NCBI RefSeq assembly: GCF_000150275.1
Contig: NW_002061028.1
Location: 1 to 20,283 of the forward strand
Length of the DNA stretch: 20,283 bases
Direction: 5' to 3'
Source: Trichoplax adhaerens
Taxonomy: Eukaryota; Animalia; Placozoa
Part shown: in pieces, positions 17,525 to 20,283 of the stretch
Position numbering within the stretch: the first letter of the stretch is position 1
Layout: the number at the start of each line of letters is the position of its first letter
Program-made: the position numbers and the translations under genes
Notes under the pieces: generated by a model
The model's input: the letters and a program-made list of their open reading frames with translations, nothing else
Told to the model about the DNA's origin: nothing
Databases searched by the model: none

Positions 17525-18085
17525 TTACTCAAAACTTGCCTTCCAATTATATAATGTTTGTCGTGAAATTTTAGCCATTCTTGCAATATATGCAGATGTA
17601 TATTTACCACTATTAAGCATATCTACGTATTCTTTTCTAATGTTCTCATCTACTCCATAAGCTCTCCCTTTATATTTCCCTTGTTCCTTAGCTCTTTTCA
17701 CTCCCTCGTAAATTCTTCTGTTTATCAATTTTCTCTCAAATTCTGCTATTGATCCCATCATATTAAACATTAACATTCCAGTATCAGTGTTTGTATCCAT
17801 TTGCTCTTTTAAACTTTGAAATTTTACTCCTTTTTCTTGCAAATTATTAATTATTTCAATTAAATCCTTTAAACTTCTCCCTAATCTATCTATTGCAGTG
17901 ATCACAAGAATATCACCTTCTTGAACTTTATTTAATAACTTTGATAATTCTTTCCTCTTAGAATTAGCTCCACTTATTATTTCTGAATAAACTTCTTTGC
18001 ATCCTGATCTTTTTAACAAAGATATTTGCTGATCTAATGATTCGCATTGTTGTTTTGTAGAAACACGAGCGTAACCAATTTTCAT
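17525..18085 (-). CDS. Serine resolvase/invertase
   Basis: KIGYARVST, DRLGRS, AEFER and a C-terminal HTH (IARMAKISRQTLYNW). Its stop overlaps the TniA-like start. Confidence 0.95.
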   Translation of the reverse strand: MKIGYARVSTKQQCESLDQQISLLKRSGCKEVYSEIISGANSKRKELSKLLNKVQEGDILVITAIDRLGRSLKDLIEIINNLQEKGVKFQSLKEQMDTNTDTGMLMFNMMGSIAEFERKLINRRIYEGVKRAKEQGKYKGRAYGVDENIRKEYVDMLNSGKYTSAYIARMAKISRQTLYNWKASFE

Positions 18086-18398
18086 TAATCTATTTTTAAA
18101 AGTTGTCTAGTTCTTATAAATGAAATTTATTCCTTATAATGTCAAGGTTTTTACTTATAATTTACATATTTATGTTGTACATTTATTTAGGAATTATAAC
18201 CTTGAAGAAAAGCCTGATTGTGAATTTATAAAAAGCTATATAATTAAACATGTGTCTTCTTTTACATTTTTTGCTATTACATAATATGTTATAATCCACA
18301 ATCTATTATTTTGTATTACATATATTAAATAAAATAGTTATTATTATTTTTATATGCTATTATATTAATGTATATGAAAGATAACTTTATTTAATTAC

Positions 18399-18632
18399 AT
18401 GGAAAAATCTTTATACTCTACTATGAATGAAAAGGGCCAAATTACAATCCCTGCACCTATTAGAAATAAAATGCAACTACAAGCTAGTAACAAGTTTGAG
18501 TTTCTTAATAAAGGAGATTTTATTATCATGCTCCCTGTTAATAAATCTCTCAAAGATTTAAAGGGCTTTCTTCCCAAGCCTGTTAAAGCTTTATCATGTG
18601 ATGAAATGAATGAAATTATAAAAAATAGATGA
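18399..18632 (+). CDS. AbrB/MazE/SpoVT-fold antitoxin
   Basis: STMNEKGQITIPAPIR motif; abuts the PIN toxin gene. Confidence 0.9.
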   Translation: MEKSLYSTMNEKGQITIPAPIRNKMQLQASNKFEFLNKGDFIIMLPVNKSLKDLKGFLPKPVKALSCDEMNEIIKNR

Positions 18633-19034
18633 ATGATTGCTATCGACACCAATATTCTAGTTAGATACATTACTCAAGATGATGAAATACAATCTAAAAC
18701 TGCTGAAGACTTATTATCAGAATATAATGGAAAACCTCAATCAATTTTTATTAATAATATTGTATTATGTGAATTGGCCTGGGTTTTAGACAGGGGGTAT
18801 AAATATACTAAAGAGCAAATAGCTGCTACAATTAGAATTATTCTTTCAACAACTGTATTTACTTTTGAACATCATAATATTCTTTGGATCGCACTGGAGG
18901 ACTATGATCAGAATAAAGCTGACTTTGCAGACTGTTTAATTGTTCAATTAAATAAATTTCATGGCTTTCAACAAACTTTTACTTTTGATAAATCAGCAAC
19001 TAAGCACAATCTTTTTACTTTGTGCAATACTTAA
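18633..19034 (+). CDS. vapC: VapC-family PIN-domain toxin
   Basis: MIAIDTNILVR, LCELAWVL, ADFADCLI and FTFDK carry the acidic PIN residues. Confidence 0.9.
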   Translation: MIAIDTNILVRYITQDDEIQSKTAEDLLSEYNGKPQSIFINNIVLCELAWVLDRGYKYTKEQIAATIRIILSTTVFTFEHHNILWIALEDYDQNKADFADCLIVQLNKFHGFQQTFTFDKSATKHNLFTLCNT

Positions 19035-19390
19035 GAAAATGCAACCATATAAAAGGTTTAATGTATAAAAGTATGAACAGCTAAAAGATTAAATGTTTAA
19101 AAGTGATTATATTTGTATAATGAATAATTAAAATAAACCCGAGCTGCATTTAAGAAATGATGAATAGATTTTTATCAATAGCAGGCTTATCTGATCTAAG
19201 TTGATAATTTATTAACCCAGCGAAAAGATGAGAGAAAGCGTTGATAGGCGACCTATGTCTAGAGTGAATTAGGGTTTGCAAGCATTTCATTGAAGAGAAG
19301 ATGGTTTCTACCAATGACCGCTTTTTAAGCATCAATTTATCCTTAACATGCATCAAACAGTTCTTCATATTTTTCTTAATTTTTGTAATA
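19033..19390 (-). repeat. Inverted copy of 6413-6770
   Basis: Reverse-complement match; the boundary overlaps the vapC stop codon. Confidence 0.95.
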
Positions 19391-19431
19391 AGAGTTGTTC
19401 CTTGTTCAAATAAATTATTGAACAGCTTTTT
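19137..19431 (-). mobile_element. IS982-family 3' remnant, second copy
   Basis: Same as 6413-6666 plus 41 bp more coding sequence (KKLFNNLFEQGTTL) before the Tn3 end. Confidence 0.85.
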
Positions 19432-20283
19432 AGGGAACTATGAACTTTTAGGTTAAAAAGTGGTCTAAGGCTATAGATATGATAATAAGAGAGGTTCAAA
19501 GGTTGTATTTAATGGTTTCTGTAAAATTCATTCAGTAAAAAGACATGTTTTAGGATCATCCAAATTTTCTGCATACTCCAATATACCGATACTCATATTT
19601 TATAACTTTCTGATAAAAGGTTATTTTATTGAAAGAGCGAATATTTCTTTTAATTTTATAATTTTCAAACATTAACTTTCCGTAAAATAATTATTAGAGT
19701 ATCATACTTTTATTAATATTGTACTCTCCATATAATACAACATTTTCCCATCCAATTGGACTTATATGTTTAATCATTGAGAGATCTACCCATTCTGGGA
19801 TATCACTCTCCCTTAAAATTCGACTCATCTCATTTGCTTGCCAATATATTATACAGGCCATTATTAAAGTTAAACAGTTACAACTATTTCTTTGTGCTAT
19901 TAAATCACGTCCTGTAATCTTACCTTGATTACCATAATTTATATCTCTTGCTAATTGATGCATTTCTTCTCCCTTCAATAAATCTTCATTTCTTTTTTTT
20001 CGTATTTCTGGGTCAACCATGCTTTTTAATGTATTTGCTGTTTTAAATATACGGCCTAATTGTAAATTAGCTTTATAAAATTCATTTTTTGAGTTAAATG
20101 ACAATAGCTTTCTCATTGCAAGAGATGCACTAACATGCCCTGTAGATATAGAGGCATAAAAATGTGCCATTCTATCCCATTGATTGACTATACTTGTCAT
20201 ATCTATTGTACTTTCTTTATGAGTCAATAGTGGACTCAAACTTTTATAATTTCTATTATTATCTATTTTAAATATATTATGAT
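19432..20283 (-). mobile_element. Second, directly repeated copy of the Tn3-family transposon (partial, runs off the window)
   Basis: Appears identical to 2304-3155. Confidence 0.95.
19694..20283 (-). CDS. tnpA: Tn3-family transposase, 3' part (second copy)
   Basis: Translation identical to the C-terminus of 2566-5457. Confidence 0.9.
   Translation of the reverse strand, partial: HNIFKIDNNRNYKSLSPLLTHKESTIDMTSIVNQWDRMAHFYASISTGHVSASLAMRKLLSFNSKNEFYKANLQLGRIFKTANTLKSMVDPEIRKKRNEDLLKGEEMHQLARDINYGNQGKITGRDLIAQRNSCNCLTLIMACIIYWQANEMSRILRESDIPEWVDLSMIKHISPIGWENVVLYGEYNINKSMIL

Larger units (their letters stand above)
14943..17532 (-). pseudogene. Mu/TniA-like DDE transposase, interrupted by an IS, frameshifted and 3'-truncated
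   Basis: Removing the IS and an 8-bp duplication restores (TTG 17532) MSNKALEKYNIISPYLKKEVNLSKIALENNVNLRTLQRW..GLDGLARQKRKDAG. After a frameshift at 15569-15573 come WQTDH, IDDFSRAIAG, YTDHGSDF and GRGKIERFF. Confidence 0.85.

Overview
Very AT-rich, IS-riddled fragment that looks like a Rickettsiales-type endosymbiont plasmid; the host assignment is an inference from the Rep, ParA, F-type tra remnants and DUF1640. From left to right: decayed F-type conjugation genes (traH and traF remnants) with an antisense DUF1640 gene between them; a 4.1-kb Tn3-family transposon (2304-6412) carrying a FimB/FimE-like tyrosine recombinase, ~206-bp terminal inverted repeats and an array of 13-8-13 recombinase-type sites; a replicon (16-bp-periodic centromere-like array, parA, two RHH genes, a candidate ~38-nt antisense RNA, and a rep gene with internal iteron-like repeats); a pile-up of IS256, IS3, IS982 and IS481 remnants; an intact GH55 exo-beta-1,3-glucanase-like cargo gene ending in SDEL; a resolvase plus Mu/TniA-like transposase interrupted by an IS4-superfamily element; an AbrB-VapC toxin-antitoxin pair; and a second, directly repeated copy of the Tn3 element running off the window end. 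All family calls come from motif recognition by eye; no database searches were run.
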